From positions 558,001-622,000 of the forward strand of contig RSEE01000020.1 in NCBI GenBank assembly GCA_003971905.1: a DNA stretch of 64,000 bases. The letters are read 5' to 3'. The notes below the pieces were generated by a model. The model worked only from the letters and a program-made list of their open reading frames with translations, did not search any database and had not been told where the DNA came from. This document shows positions 1-12,141 of the stretch, one piece after another. Source of the DNA: Moniliella sp. 'wahieum' (Eukaryota). The position numbers and the translations under genes were made by a program. Numbering within the stretch: the stretch's first letter is position 1; every line of letters begins with the position of its first letter.

Positions 1-506
1 ATGAGGCTCGGGTCCCATGGGGGCACCTCTTTTTTAGGTGGGGAGTGGACGGCAGCAGTGGGTGCTCCTGGGGGAGGTGGGGGTGGAGGGTTTGAAGATG
101 GAGAGGGAACGGAGGCGGGGGCAGGAGCCGTAATGGGGCTGGATGCAAGTGCAGACGCAGGTGCAGAGACAGACACAGGTGCGGACGCAGGTGCGGACGC
201 AGGTGCGGATGCGGATGCGGGAGCGGGAGCGGGCTCGGAAGCCGAAACAAGCGCGGGGGCGGAGCGGGGGCGGACGCGGGGCGGACGCGGGGGCGGACTC
301 GGTTGGGTTGGAAAAATAAGTGGCGGAGGCGACTGGGGTGGGTGAGGTTGTACATCAGAGGCGGTGGTGGGATGGGTGGCGGTGATGGTATTGGTGGAGA
401 GGGCCGCATCTCCCGGGTCGGCGACAGCGGGTGCTGCCGCGGGCGCCGCGGCTGGATCCGAAGCGGGAGGGAGTGGCGCAGGCAGGGGTGGTGGTGATGG
501 GCTCAT
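1..506 (-). CDS. 5' end of a Pro/Ala-rich protein gene running off the left edge (unknown product)
   Basis: ATG at 506 on the minus strand opens a stop-free frame MSPSPPPLPAPLPPASDPAAAP...PPKKEVPPWDPSL to the window edge. It is divergent from the CK2-alpha gene. No domain visible. Confidence 0.55.
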   Translation of the reverse strand, partial: MSPSPPPLPAPLPPASDPAAAPAAAPAVADPGDAALSTNTITATHPTTASDVQPHPPQSPPPLIFPTQPSPPPRPPRVRPRSAPALVSASEPAPAPASASAPASAPASAPVSVSAPASALASSPITAPAPASVPSPSSNPPPPPPPGAPTAAVHSPPKKEVPPWDPSL

Positions 507-1253
507 TCTGGACAGCGTCTACGGGGGAGTGTGGCGCAGCAAGTAGGGCACGTCGGCGTGGGCTGGCGGCGGCGGCGGTGGTGCTGAGGGTGGCGGTGGT
601 GGTGGTGGAGCAGAGGCAAAAAAAACGCGGCGGCCAGACGCGACGCCAGGACTGAAGCCGGGGCACGTCACGCGTCACGCGTGGGTGTGGCGCGAGCCAA
701 CGCGGCTGTCACCCCACCGGCACGCTCCCGCACAGGGGCAGTGTGGCTGCGGCTTCCGTGTGACGATGGCATCACAGATGACATCACTGAGCGGCCCCTT
801 GCAGGGCGGAATGAGGGCGCGCGTTCCGCCTGGCCCCCGTGAGCGAGGCGAGCGCGTAATTTAACTGTTCAGCCCACAGCAAGTACGAAGTACACTACAC
901 CGTCCCACCATTGAGCGGACGCAGGGCAGGGAATGCCTGCTTCGCCAAGCGGGGGCGACGCGGGGCAGTGGTGGGGGTGAGAATACGGCAGGGGGGAGAA
1001 GAAAGGGCCAACTGAGGCAGGAGCGCAGCATCCCCGATGGTATATGAAGCGATGGATGGATGATCCGGCGATGGATGACTGGGCTAGCAAACTCTAGCCT
1101 CGGGGGTACGTAAGCCGCCGCTTACGTGGTCGTTGTCTTCAGTTGAACATTTGCACTGGGAAGCCCCCGCGCCCGCTCGGCCCCGCCCGCCATCGCCATT
1201 GCTCGTCCGTCTCTGTCCTGCGCCCCACCACACCCTCTCGTTCTACTGCTCTC

Positions 1254-2547
1254 ATGTCGGGTCCACCCGGCACTGGCGCCCGCAGCGTTGCGCGCGTGTA
1301 CGCCGACGCCAACGCCCTCCTGGGCCGCGCGTGGTGGGACTATGACAATGTGAGTGTCCAGTGGGGCTCCCAAGACCATTACGAGATCCTACGCAAGGTC
1401 GGCCGCGGCAAGTACTCCGAGGTGTTTGAAGGGGTCAATGTCGGTGGCGTTCAGCCTGCCCAGAAAACCTGTTCCCGTCCCTGGTACCAACGCGGCTGCT
1501 GCGTCGACGTCGGAGCCTGCGTCTGGCCCGACGGGCCCAGCCACTGGACCGCCGGCCAAGTGCTCATCAAGGTGCTCAAGCCGTCAAGAAAAAGAAATCA
1601 AGCGCGAAATCAAGATTTTGCAGAACCTGGCTGGCGGGCCTAACGTGGTGGGACTTCTCGATGTGGTGCGCGCCCACAGGTACGTGCCTTCTTCATCTCT
1701 TTCTTGACTCTGGCGTTCGCCATGCCACGCGCACCGTACTAACCCTCTCGTCCCCCAACTCCCCGCTTGCAGTCCAAGACGCCCTCGATCATCACCGAGT
1801 ATGTCAACAACACCGACTTCAAAGTCCTCTACCCGCGCCTTACCGACTTTGACGTGCGCTACTACCTGTTTGAGCTGCTCAAGGTATGTTTGTTCTCCCC
1901 TTGAGGCGCAGCGAGGAAAGATGGATGCGTACTGACATTTGAGGTTGGATGCTAGGCGCTGGACTTTTGCCATTCACGGGGCATCATGCACCGCGACGTG
2001 AAGCCGCATAATGTGATGATTGACCACGAAAAGCGCACGCTGCGCCTGATCGACTGGGGGCTCGCCGAATTCTACCACCCGTACACGGAGTACAATGTAC
2101 GCGTCGCGTCGCGTTACTTTAAGGGCCCCGAGCTGCTTGTGGACTTTCAAGAGTACGACTACAGTCTGGACATGTGGTCGCTTGGCTGTGTGCTAGCCTC
2201 GATGATTTTCCGCAAAGAGCCGTTTTTCCAAGGGAGGGACAACTACGACCAACTGGTCAAGATTGGCAAGGTCCTCGGTACCGACAGTCTCTATGTCTAC
2301 CTCAACAAGTACGACATTGAGCTGGACGCGCACTACGATAAGATCCTCAGTTACTACCCCCGTAAGGCATGGGACCGCTTTGTCACCCCCGACAACCAGC
2401 GCTACATTTCCCCGAGGCACTTGACTTTTTGGACAAGCTCCTGCGCTACGACCACCAAGACCGGCTCACTGCTCAAGAGGCCAGGCGCACCCGTACTTTG
2501 ACCCTGTCAACCCAGCCAAGGCGCAGGGCTCCGCGGTCTGGGTCTGA
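1254..2547 (+). CDS. CKA1: Casein kinase II catalytic (alpha) subunit
   Basis: [77 protein letters not shown]. Introns 1680-1772 and 1884-1955. Several 1-nt frameshifts. Confidence 0.96.
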
Positions 2548-4574
2548 GGTCTGAGGTCTGATCTGGAAGCATCGCTGCACCACTGCATTACTAGTCGTTA
2601 GTCACTCTCCATTGAATATTGACGTGTTGAACGTCGACGTTGGATGGGGATGGAATTGATTTATGATCAGTGTTCCGGCTATGTTGGTCCTGCGGCGGCG
2701 GCGGGCCACGAATGGGGGGGGGAGACTGTTGGTTTCGCCCTATTTTTGCTAAATGGTACTATGTGAGCTATAAGCCAGAACACTTGTGGATCAGGAAGAA
2801 GGAAGGGTGAGAGAGAAACGCGGGAGGTGATAGTCACGGCCCCTGAAGAGAGGAGATGCACATCATGATATCGATGATGAAAAAGACATTGAAAAGGAAT
2901 ATGGGCTTGAACAGCTTGTACTTAGTAGTAGTTATATTATCAACACAGAGTGTGCAGGCGGAGAGCTCCTTATACACAAGGAACTAGCTCTCATGCTAAT
3001 AAGCCCCAATGCCATTCTCTTTCCCCACCTCGATACTTTCTTTGCCACCAGGAGAACTATGACCCGTGTGGGACTGTGGCCCCCCAAAAATCCTGAACGG
3101 ATCGATTGAATACCAGCTTTTTTGGACCAGGGGCGGCAGGCATGTTGGCCGCGAACCGATATATCAGTTGTCCGGTTCGAATGCGGGGCAGATAGAAAGA
3201 GCTTGTTCAAGGTGGCAGTAACTCTAGTGACTAGCTTCTTTTGTTTGAGTTGTCTCTAATCTTCTCTTCTCTAAGGCCTAACACCCAAAACTTTTGCCTT
3301 GTCTACGTAGACTCCGCCGCTTAGCTACTCACTATAACCAACAGCAAAACAATCACCAACTCGATCTCTGCCAACAGCAAAAGTGTGCCGACAGTTAATC
3401 GGAGAAGCGGCACCTTTGGGGCAGTGTGGCTATTACGCGCGGGGGTGCATTTGCGTACTGGCGCCCTCTGTTGCTTTCAATCTTTAGCCCTCGCTGATGG
3501 TTTCTTGCTGATGCCGGTCATTGAGATTGAGTACCGGTACCGAGTACTGAGCACCGACTACCCCGCGGAGGACTGTGCGCCCATCACTTCTTTTGTTAGA
3601 AATCTATTCAATAACTACGAAGGGATGTGCGGTCGGGACTGTGGCTATGAGCGGTAGCCGCATCTCATCCACGTAGGGGTCGTGTTCTTTGCCCGTCTCG
3701 CCCGGGTCTGCATGATGGTGTTGTGACTTCTGATGCCCTCAGACCTCACTCTTTTTGGGCAACATTTCCTTGGCATCTCTGGCTTATTGTGTCTAGTACG
3801 TTCTACTGTCATCCGTTAGGGCCCGACTCTATTGAATCTCTATCTCCGTCAGGCTCCTTTCTTAAAGAGAATTACCCTCTGTTATCGTCCTCTCTTCTCT
3901 CACAATGAGTCATATTCATCGAGTGGAAAGAGGCGAGGTATAAGTTCCTCTCGGAGAAAGAAAAAGGTCAATATGCGAGCCGCGTCGCATGGAAGAAAGT
4001 AGGAAAGATATAGACAGAGAGGGGGAAGTCAATGAGTGAACCAAGGAGGGTGCTATAGTGGCCTCTGTGACGAAGTCACTGATTGACTACGTGTTTCCCT
4101 TTTGATACGGGTCTTCTATGATGCTCTTCATGCATCATGCTCCACGACACGCGGCCCCTTTTGCAATACCACAGAGAGATTTTCCTATCGCATACACAAG
4201 AGACATGCTGACGGCGTATAGTATTTGAGCACGCGCATGAACATCTCCCCCTCTGCATTTGTACTTTTATAAGCAACTGCAGTTAATACCCAGTTGAGTC
4301 CTCCCTTCTTTCATTGTGTGCCCATCGATCCAATAAAAGCCGGTACCATTGCAGCCTATCGGCGACTCTCACTCTCACCGGTCTCACCGACTATGCCAAT
4401 TTCTCTGTGCGCCTACTCTTCTTGCGCGCTTCAGAACCATGCTATCCATCTTGCCCGGGACGAGGAAACGAAAAACAAACAAACAGACAAAAACTATGAT
4501 CTGATTCGCCAACATGACACGCACGCCAGTGCATGCAGTGGTTGCCGACAATAATCGGTGATGCATATGACCAG

Positions 4575-4930
4575 CGCGGCAAGAGGCCGTGGGCTGGGGC
4601 GTACAGAAGGACAGGACGGGTAAATGTATGCGTACGGGTGGCCGGGAAGGAAGAAAGGCCAAAAGGGTGGAAGGGGGGGGGGGAGGGAGGGGATTGGACC
4701 CAATGACTTTGGGGGGGGGAGTTGAGAGAACCCCAAGGAGGCAGGCAAGGTGCGGCAAGTGGCCGTGGACCGGTGCGAGGATGATGGATGATGCGGCAAG
4801 GTCAAAGGAAGAGTGTCATGAGGCGGGTGCGGCAAGAGGCCGTGGACCCGTGCGGGAGAAGCGTACAAATACAGCACCCGAAGGAGCAAGTCGTTTCGCG
4901 TGACAGGTGCGACAAGAGGCCGGGGACCTT
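4575..4930. repeat. Dispersed imperfect direct repeats of GGTGCGGCAAGAGGCCGTGGACC
   Basis: Copies at about 4749, 4826 and 4906, plus partial copies at about 4575 and 4791, separated by unrelated spacers. Confidence 0.75.
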
Positions 4931-5024
4931 GGTCACGAGGCCAACGGAGCACCAGCGATCATAGATCGTAGGCGTTGAGATAGAAAACGAGGGGAAGGAT
5001 AAGCGACACTGGTAGTAGAGTACT

Positions 5025-6383
5025 TTAGTGCGCCTCATCGCCCGGAATGGTTTCGACCGTGTCAAAATCGGTCAGAGCAGCCGCGATGGCCTTCACTCCC
5101 TGAGCCAACTCTTCGCGCGAGATGACAAGCGGCGGGGCAAGACGAATGATGTTTTCGTGGGTGGGCTTGGCGAGCAAGCCATGTTCCTTCAATAGCAAGC
5201 ACAGCTGCCATGCCGAGCGGCCTTCTTGGACTGCGTCTTGTCAATCACAATCGCGTTCAACAGTCCGCGACCACGAACGGTGGTCAAGGCCGGGAACTGG
5301 GGCTTGAGCTTCTCCAGCTCGGCACGGAAAAACTCGCCCAGCTCCTGAGCCCGGTCCGCCAACTTCTCGTCCACTAGCACGTCCAAGGCAGCAATTGCCG
5401 CCGCCGAGCCAAGGGGGTTGCCACCATACGTACTGCCATGCTCGCCCGGCTTGATGCACAGCATCACCTCCTTGTCGGCCAGGACAGCGCTGACGGGGTA
5501 CACGCCCCCGCTCAATGCCTTGCCCAGAGTAATCATGTCGGGCCGGATGCCGTCCCAGTCGCAAGCTAGCATCTTGCCCGTCCGCGCCAGGCCGGTCTGG
5601 ATTTCGTCGCAAATGAGCAAAACATTGTGCTTCTTGCACAGCTCCTGTACGCGACGGAGGTATCCCTCGGGAGGGACGACGATCCCCGCCTCGCCTTGGA
5701 TTGGCTCCACAAGGAAGGCGGCCTCCTTGCCGTACTTGTCCAGGGCGCGCTCCAGGTCCTCCGCATGCCCAAAGCGAATCAAGTGGTCGTCCACAATAGG
5801 TCCCACACCTTCAAGGAAAGGGCCAAATCCACCGCGGCTCTCAGGGTCCGTGCTCATCGAGATGACACCAAGAGTGCGACCATGGAAGTTGCCGTCGACC
5901 GAGAAGATCTTGGCCTTGTCTGCGGGCACACCCTTCTTCTCGTACGCCCACTTGCGGGCCAACTTCAATGCCGTCTCGACCGCCTCGGCACCCGTGTTCA
6001 TCGGGAGCATCATATCGTACCCAAATAGCTTGGTCACCTTCTCCGCAAAGGGAGCAAAAGTCGAGTTGTAGAATGCGCGGCTGGACAACGTAAGCTTTTG
6101 CGCTTGCTCCGTCAACGCGCCAACGATGCGCGGGTGGCAGTGACCCTGGTTGACGGCACTGTATGCGGACAAAAAGTCGAGGTACTCTTTGCCTTCAGGG
6201 TCCCACACCCGTGCGCCCTTCGCATGCTCAAAGACCACGGGAAGCGGATGGTAGCTGGTGCGGGTCCATCACGTTAGCATGTCCGAAGGTCAGGGTTAGT
6301 GCAAGAGGGCGAACGTACTTGTGAGCGCCATATTCGGCCTCAAGGCGGTAGATGTCGGTAGAGGAGAGGTGGGGAGCAGACAT
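5025..6383 (-). CDS. CAR2: Ornithine aminotransferase (class III PLP aminotransferase)
   Basis: [108 protein letters not shown]. Intron 6255-6318. Confidence 0.96.
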
Positions 6384-7051
6384 TGGGCGGAAAGGAGCAG
6401 TTCGCTGGTCGTCCTGGTGGGGATAGATGATGGTGGGGGGAGGGCGCCGCTTGAGGAAGAAGCCGGGTGCGGGTCAAGTACCCCCTCGGACGTGGCCAGG
6501 CCACGCCACCTTCCGGCCACGGGACACTGCCGCCGTGGGAGCTGGAGGGGCCGTGCCAGAAGAATGGCTCCCAACCTGACGTCATACTGCCCCCGTGCCT
6601 GCGTCTTCCTGAGACACTGTCGCTGCGTCGTGCTGCCGCGCTGCGGCTGGGGGCAGCCCAGAGCGTGTGGGGCAAATGGCACCACCCGGTTCTTCTGCCA
6701 TCTTCGGTCGCATTCGCGTTGGCCAATTGCCACGGTCCTTGCCATGGTCTCTCTCTTGCCTTTGCCTGCATCCGCCGTAGGAACGTCTAACGGCGGCCAC
6801 CTGTGCCTGTCAGTACCCACAGACCCTAATAGTAAGGCAATGTTGTCGAGGACTCTCATTATGCTGGTTGTCCTGTTGCGCCGTGGATGCCACAGAAGAG
6901 CACACGTTCTTCGATGAGCATACTAGGTGTTTCCTACTACCTACTATCACAGTATTGTCCAGTCCTTGAGCGGTAGCACGCGGTATAACAGTGGCGGGAA
7001 GATCCGGGGGCCATGGGGAGCACAAAACCTGGTTGTTAGTCGGTGGTTCCT

Positions 7052-7135
7052 CGTACATGGTACAATGTACATGGTACGTGGTACGTGGTGCGTGGTACGT
7101 GGTGGTGGTACGTGGTACATGGTACGTGGGGTACC
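7052..7135. repeat. Degenerate (GGTACGT)n heptamer tandem repeat
   Basis: Run of gtacatg/gtacgtg/gtgcgtg units between the MFS and OAT genes. Confidence 0.8.
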
Positions 7136-7442
7136 TCATGGATGTCCTCAATTATGGGAGAAAATGGTATGGACATTCCTGGCACTGTATAATAAACGAA
7201 AGGAAGGCTTAAGCGAGCCCAGTACCGTTTCAAGAGGACAGAAGAGTGATCGGGACATGCAAGTAAACCGCTCGGACTGTAAAAAGGTGCGGCTTGGGAA
7301 AGCGCGGTGGCGAGTCCCTTTCTCCATCCTCGCTCGACTCGTTGGGGAAAGGAGGAACGGAGACAGAGGCAGAGACGGGGACAGTGAGGGAGACAGTGAG
7401 GGATACCAATGAGGAGACGGAGGGGGGGGGGGGGACAAGGAG

Positions 7443-9466
7443 TCAAACCTCGGCGCGTGCCCTGACCATGTCGAAGTAAGATTCTTGGTGAGTCGGCGGA
7501 AGGCCTTGCCCCAGATCATCATGGGGATACAGAGCAGAATAAAGAAGAGGTCCAGCACGGCACATGCGATCATCGTGTTCTCCACTCCCGACGCATCGAT
7601 CCATGGACCTGGACAGAGGAAATAACATTGTGGGTTAGTCATCTGAGATAGGACCATGGTGCATGGTGCATGATGCATGGCCCCAGATCGCACAAGCGAC
7701 AGCGCGACAGCAGGCACATAGGACACTAGGAAAGCGCGACGTACAACAGCAAATGTGAATCCACAAGCCATGCCGTTGTTGATCAATGCAATGCATGCCA
7801 TACCTACGCGACAGGTTGCGTCCCGGTCAGTCAGTCAGTACCACACATCTCTCACTGGAGGGAGTAGAACGTGAACGTAGAACGTAGAACGTAGAACGTA
7901 GAACGTAGAACGTAGAAGGTTCAAGTTAAACGAGACGAAGCCGACGTACCTTCCATCACACAGTCCGGGTAGGCCTCAGCGACGTACGTCATGGACAAAT
8001 CGCCGCAGCAACCGAATCCGAATCCAATGAATCCGAGGGCGACATACGGTGCGCCCCAGGACAACCTCTTGCGGTCCCGATACCAAATACGAGCATGCCG
8101 ACAAAACTAATGAACGCGGTGGGGATCATGAACCAGAGACGGTCTTCAGCTTCGCGGTGGCCCTGGCGGCGCCGCGCGAGCCAAATGACAAATTTATCAT
8201 TGAGGTACCCGCCATAGATGCAGCCCAGCACCGCGCCAATCAGACACGGCACATTCATGATCCCGTCGGCAGCGTCGCCATAGTTCCACGGTTCGTCGGT
8301 CCAGTTATCTTCCTCGAGGGTGAGGTAGAAGGAGAGCCAAGCGTCCTGCGCGCCCCATTGCAGGCCACTAAATAGGATGGCGGGGAAATGAGCATGCGAC
8401 AGGTCAAGCCAAACCGTTTGCAGTACTGCCAAAGCCAGTTCCTTTGAGGTTGTGGGCAAACGTGATGGGCTGGATGGATTGCCAGTAAGTTTTTCTCGGT
8501 TCGTGTGCTCGGGAGCCGGAGTGGGGCGCCAACGCACCCGATTCCACCAGCCTCGGCGATACCATGTCCCCCTTGGTATGCTTCTCCTTGTCCAGACTGG
8601 ATTTGGAGCCGGTCTCGTGCTCCGAGATGCGGGCGAGGCGGCCGTGTCCGGCACCAGAGGCTCGCGCTCGAACATTGTCTCCTCCATGCCAAACAAGAGA
8701 ACAAGAATGGTGCCTCCGGAAATGATGGTGGCCCACCATCCGATCCAGCGCCAGCCAAAAGTGTTACTGTCGGCAATGAAGCTAGCGATCAAGGGGCCAA
8801 TGTAGGTGCCCACCGAGGTGGCCAGCACATACCAGCCCAACGCGGAGCCACGCTGGTGGTCAAAAGACACGTCGGTCAAGGACAATTGCACATTGGCCTC
8901 GGCGCATGACTCGCTCGCGCCAACAAACAGTTGGTTCCAAATCGAGTCGCTGGGCGTCTCGGTCTTGGCGTACCAGATCGCGCCTGCCAAGCCCGAAAAC
9001 ATCGAGAGCAGGTACACGCACTTGCGTCCATACAGCCATGGCACGGGAGCCGTGAAGAAGGTGGCCAGGCCAATGGCGGCAACAAGACGCCTCTTAGTAG
9101 GATATCAGAAGCGGGTCAGCAGGCCTGCCGAGGGGGAGGAGGGAGGAGGGGGGGGGGGGGGGCATCAGGGATAAAAGAGACAGAGCGCATACGCATATGG
9201 CACGCGACACGTACCAGCTGCAGTGTTGGCGTAGGAATACGAGATGCCTAGGCTCCATGCCGGTCTGGCCCGAGCCGGCATCGTTGGAAGTGGCAGCGGT
9301 GAGGCCGGCAATGTAGCAGCACAGGAGGCCGTTCCAGAAGCGGCGGGTCCAGTGCCAGGTGAGCGGGTCGTTGGGGAGTCGGTGGGGATGGGGAGGAGGA
9401 TGAGTTGGCCGTCGTCGAGCAGATCCCACGTGCCGGGAAGCTCCTCCGTGTGCGCGACGAGGTCAT
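7443..9466 (-). CDS. HOL1: HOL1-like MFS transporter
   Basis: LILLPIPTDSPNDPLTW, AATSNDAG, LYGRK, WNQLFVGASESCAEANVQLSL, HQRG, WRWIGWW, FSGLQWGAQDAWLSFYLT, EAEDRLW. Introns 9091-9214, 7804-7949 and 7609-7744. Frameshifts present; start inferred. Confidence 0.82.
7864..7917. repeat. (AGAACGT)n heptamer repeat inside an intron
   Basis: About 7 tandem units within intron 7804-7949 of the MFS gene. Confidence 0.9.
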
Positions 9467-11620
9467 GCGAGCGGCCAAGAGGGGGCAGAGGCAGGCGTGC
9501 GGAGGCGAAGAGGCAGGAGCAGGTGGAGGGAGGGTGGGTGGGAAGGCGGGGGGAAGGGATGGGTGCGAATGGGCAGGGTTAAGGGAAGACGGACGACGAC
9601 GGGACGGGACAAGGGCGGATGGCGGCGAGGTTGCGTTGAAAAGCACCAAGCCACAGCAGTGTTTGTGCCCTGGCTGACGGACTGCCGGACGGCTGCCTCT
9701 CTGCGAGCTCTCCTTGGGGGAAACGACGGGCGGAGCAGGGGCAGGGCCAGGGATCGGACGGCGGACTGCGCAGGAAGGGCAGGACAGGACAGGACAGGAC
9801 AGGACAGGCTGGGGACCTAGTATTCGGCGCTTGGCTCTGCGTTGGCTTGCTTCGCCAAGCCCCGCCTGGCACGGCGGCAGTGTGCACACGCCGATAAGGT
9901 ACAGAACGCACCCGTCTCAGATAATTTTTTCCGCCTCACGGTCACTCTTCGGCGCGTCAGCGCTCAGAGCGCTCAGAGTACCCGCTGAAACTTGCAAGCG
10001 GGAGGCTTGGTCCGCGGATCATCGATTGGCGGACATCGTCACCGATCCGCTACTTTGTCATTGCACTGCCCCTGTGCCCGTCGCCCACCCCCCCTCTCCC
10101 CGGGCACGCATCCGCGCGTACCGCTCCGGCTGAGCCAGTGGCCACTCGAACCAATAACCGTCCCCACACTTGAGCTTGACTCCACTCCAACGCCAACTCC
10201 GACCCCGCTGCATCCACGCACAATCCAATCACATGAATCACATCTTGGATCTTGGATCTTGCCTCCCTCTGCTCGGTGCCTCGCACGCTCGCCCCCCAAA
10301 CCTTTTCTTGCCGCTCGCAGCGCCATTGCACGCGCCATCTCCCAGTTCTGGGCACAGCGTTCGGCTCTGCGATTGGATCGATCTCATCTCCGAAGACACA
10401 TGTAGATCGCATTCTGTGTTCGTGCACAGTGGTACTAACACCGCCCCGCAATCCTATACGGCAGGCCTTAGTACTAAGTGATCGACGTTTGCCATTCTCC
10501 GTCCCTCCTCCTTCGTCCCTCGGGCATCAATGCATCACGTAGGCTTGGAAGAACAGGCCACGGGGGAGTGGCTGTGACCCAGGCGTCAGGTGTCCGGCGT
10601 CGGCCACAAAACGGCATGCCATCGACTGTGTGCCCGCTCCGCCTCTCTCTCGAATCGTCGGAGATATAGGGCAATCGGAACATGCTCTTCAGTAGCGTCC
10701 TTGCCATCCGCCGAGCGCGAGCGTAGCGCTATATGCGCCCGCAGCGCCTGAGCGCCTGAGCGCTTGAGCCCCACTCCTTACTCCATACTCAGTTTGAGTA
10801 CACCATCCTCGCATACCCCAGCTGATACAATGCCACTGGACAACCCGAGGGAGGAGCGACATGCTCCTTGTTCGTTGGTCGGTTACCCCGCCCATCATGT
10901 ACAACAGAGAGCAGAGAAGCCGCTGCCGGCTGGCGGTGTCTAAGCTCGCATCTCGGCGCCTAACGCGGCTGATAAAGCTAAGGCCAAAGGCCTACCAAGC
11001 GCTTGGGCTAAGCGCTCAGAAAGCAGACGTTCCTCTAACCCCTCTCGAAGCCTGGCCGGGCACTGCGAGGGAGATGCGGGGTAGTGTTCTGCGACGAAGG
11101 ATGGTGGATGGATGTCACATGTCAGGGTTTACGCGCGGTTACGGGGCAACGTGTAGCCCGAGCACAGCAGAGCGATCGGGTGGCCGGAGCTCGGCCGCCC
11201 GCCCGCTATTGCCGCGAGCGGCTGCTACCAGTGCCCTACCAGCAGGCCTCCGTGCATCATGCATCACGTGTCACGTGAGCGTGCCGAGTGTCCCATGTCC
11301 CATAGCATGCCACATGCCACGTGGGACCCGGCAACCCTAGACCCCAGCATGCAAGCTGCATGCGGCGGCTGCGGCACCCCCCAGCGGCGCTCCAGTGCTG
11401 GTGTGCGCACGGTATACACACTGCCCTCGCGCTGGCTTTTCGAACCCTACTTGCCCCCGTGCTGCGTGCTGCCCTGCCGACGGTAAGCACGCGGGTTGGC
11501 CGCATCGGGTTGGATTTGCCTCACCACATCTCGCGCGCCTGAGAGTCTCTTTGAGCTAAGGTCCATTGGACGGATTATCAGCACGCACCTCACCACTTGA
11601 TTTTCTACGTTTCCATCACC

Positions 11621-12141
11621 ATGAAGCACGTCGCCGCTTACCTTCTTCTTGTCTCGGGTGGCAACACCGCCCCGTCCGCTAAGGACGTCACTGCCCTCCT
11701 CGCCACCGTCGGCATTGAGCCCGACACGGAGCGCCTCGACAAGGTCGTTGCTGAATTGGCCGGCAAGGACGTTTCGGAGGTACGTTTTCCTTTCCTTTTC
11801 TTTCTTTCTTCTCCACGCCCTCTCGCCTTTGTCCTCCAACTCCCATGTGGACCGTTTCTGTCATATGGGCCGGCTAGGACATGGGTTTACCTGTACAAGT
11901 TATTGGGCCTAGCCCAACCTGCACACACTTGACAACTAACCCTACCCTATTGGAACGTTCGCAGCTGATTGCCGCTGGCGCTGAGAAGCTCGCTTCCGTG
12001 CCCGCTGGCGGTGCTATGGCGCGGCCCCGGCAGCCGGTGGCGCCGCTGCGGCCGCCGACGCTCCTGCTGCCGAGGAGAAGAAGGAGAGAGGAGGAGGAAG
12101 AGGAGTCGGACGATGACATGGGCTTTGGTCTGTTTGACTAA
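11621..12141 (+). CDS. RPP2: 60S acidic ribosomal protein P2
   Basis: MKHVAAYLLLVSGGNTAPSA..LAGKDVSE|LIAAGAEKLASVP..EEEEESDDDMGFGLFD*. Intron 11780-11964. Confidence 0.97.

Noticed and set aside
4749..4930. CRISPR array interpretation of the spaced palindromic repeats
   Set aside because: Eukaryotic context, only three full and divergent copies, and no cas genes. Kept only as a repeat or possible UTR element.
9467..9700. Yeast-type HOL1 regulatory uORF (MLLLPS*)
   Set aside because: An LLLP string and a frame ending VFP* exist, but there is no AUG in the proximal leader and no PS-stop. A near-cognate uORF cannot be supported.
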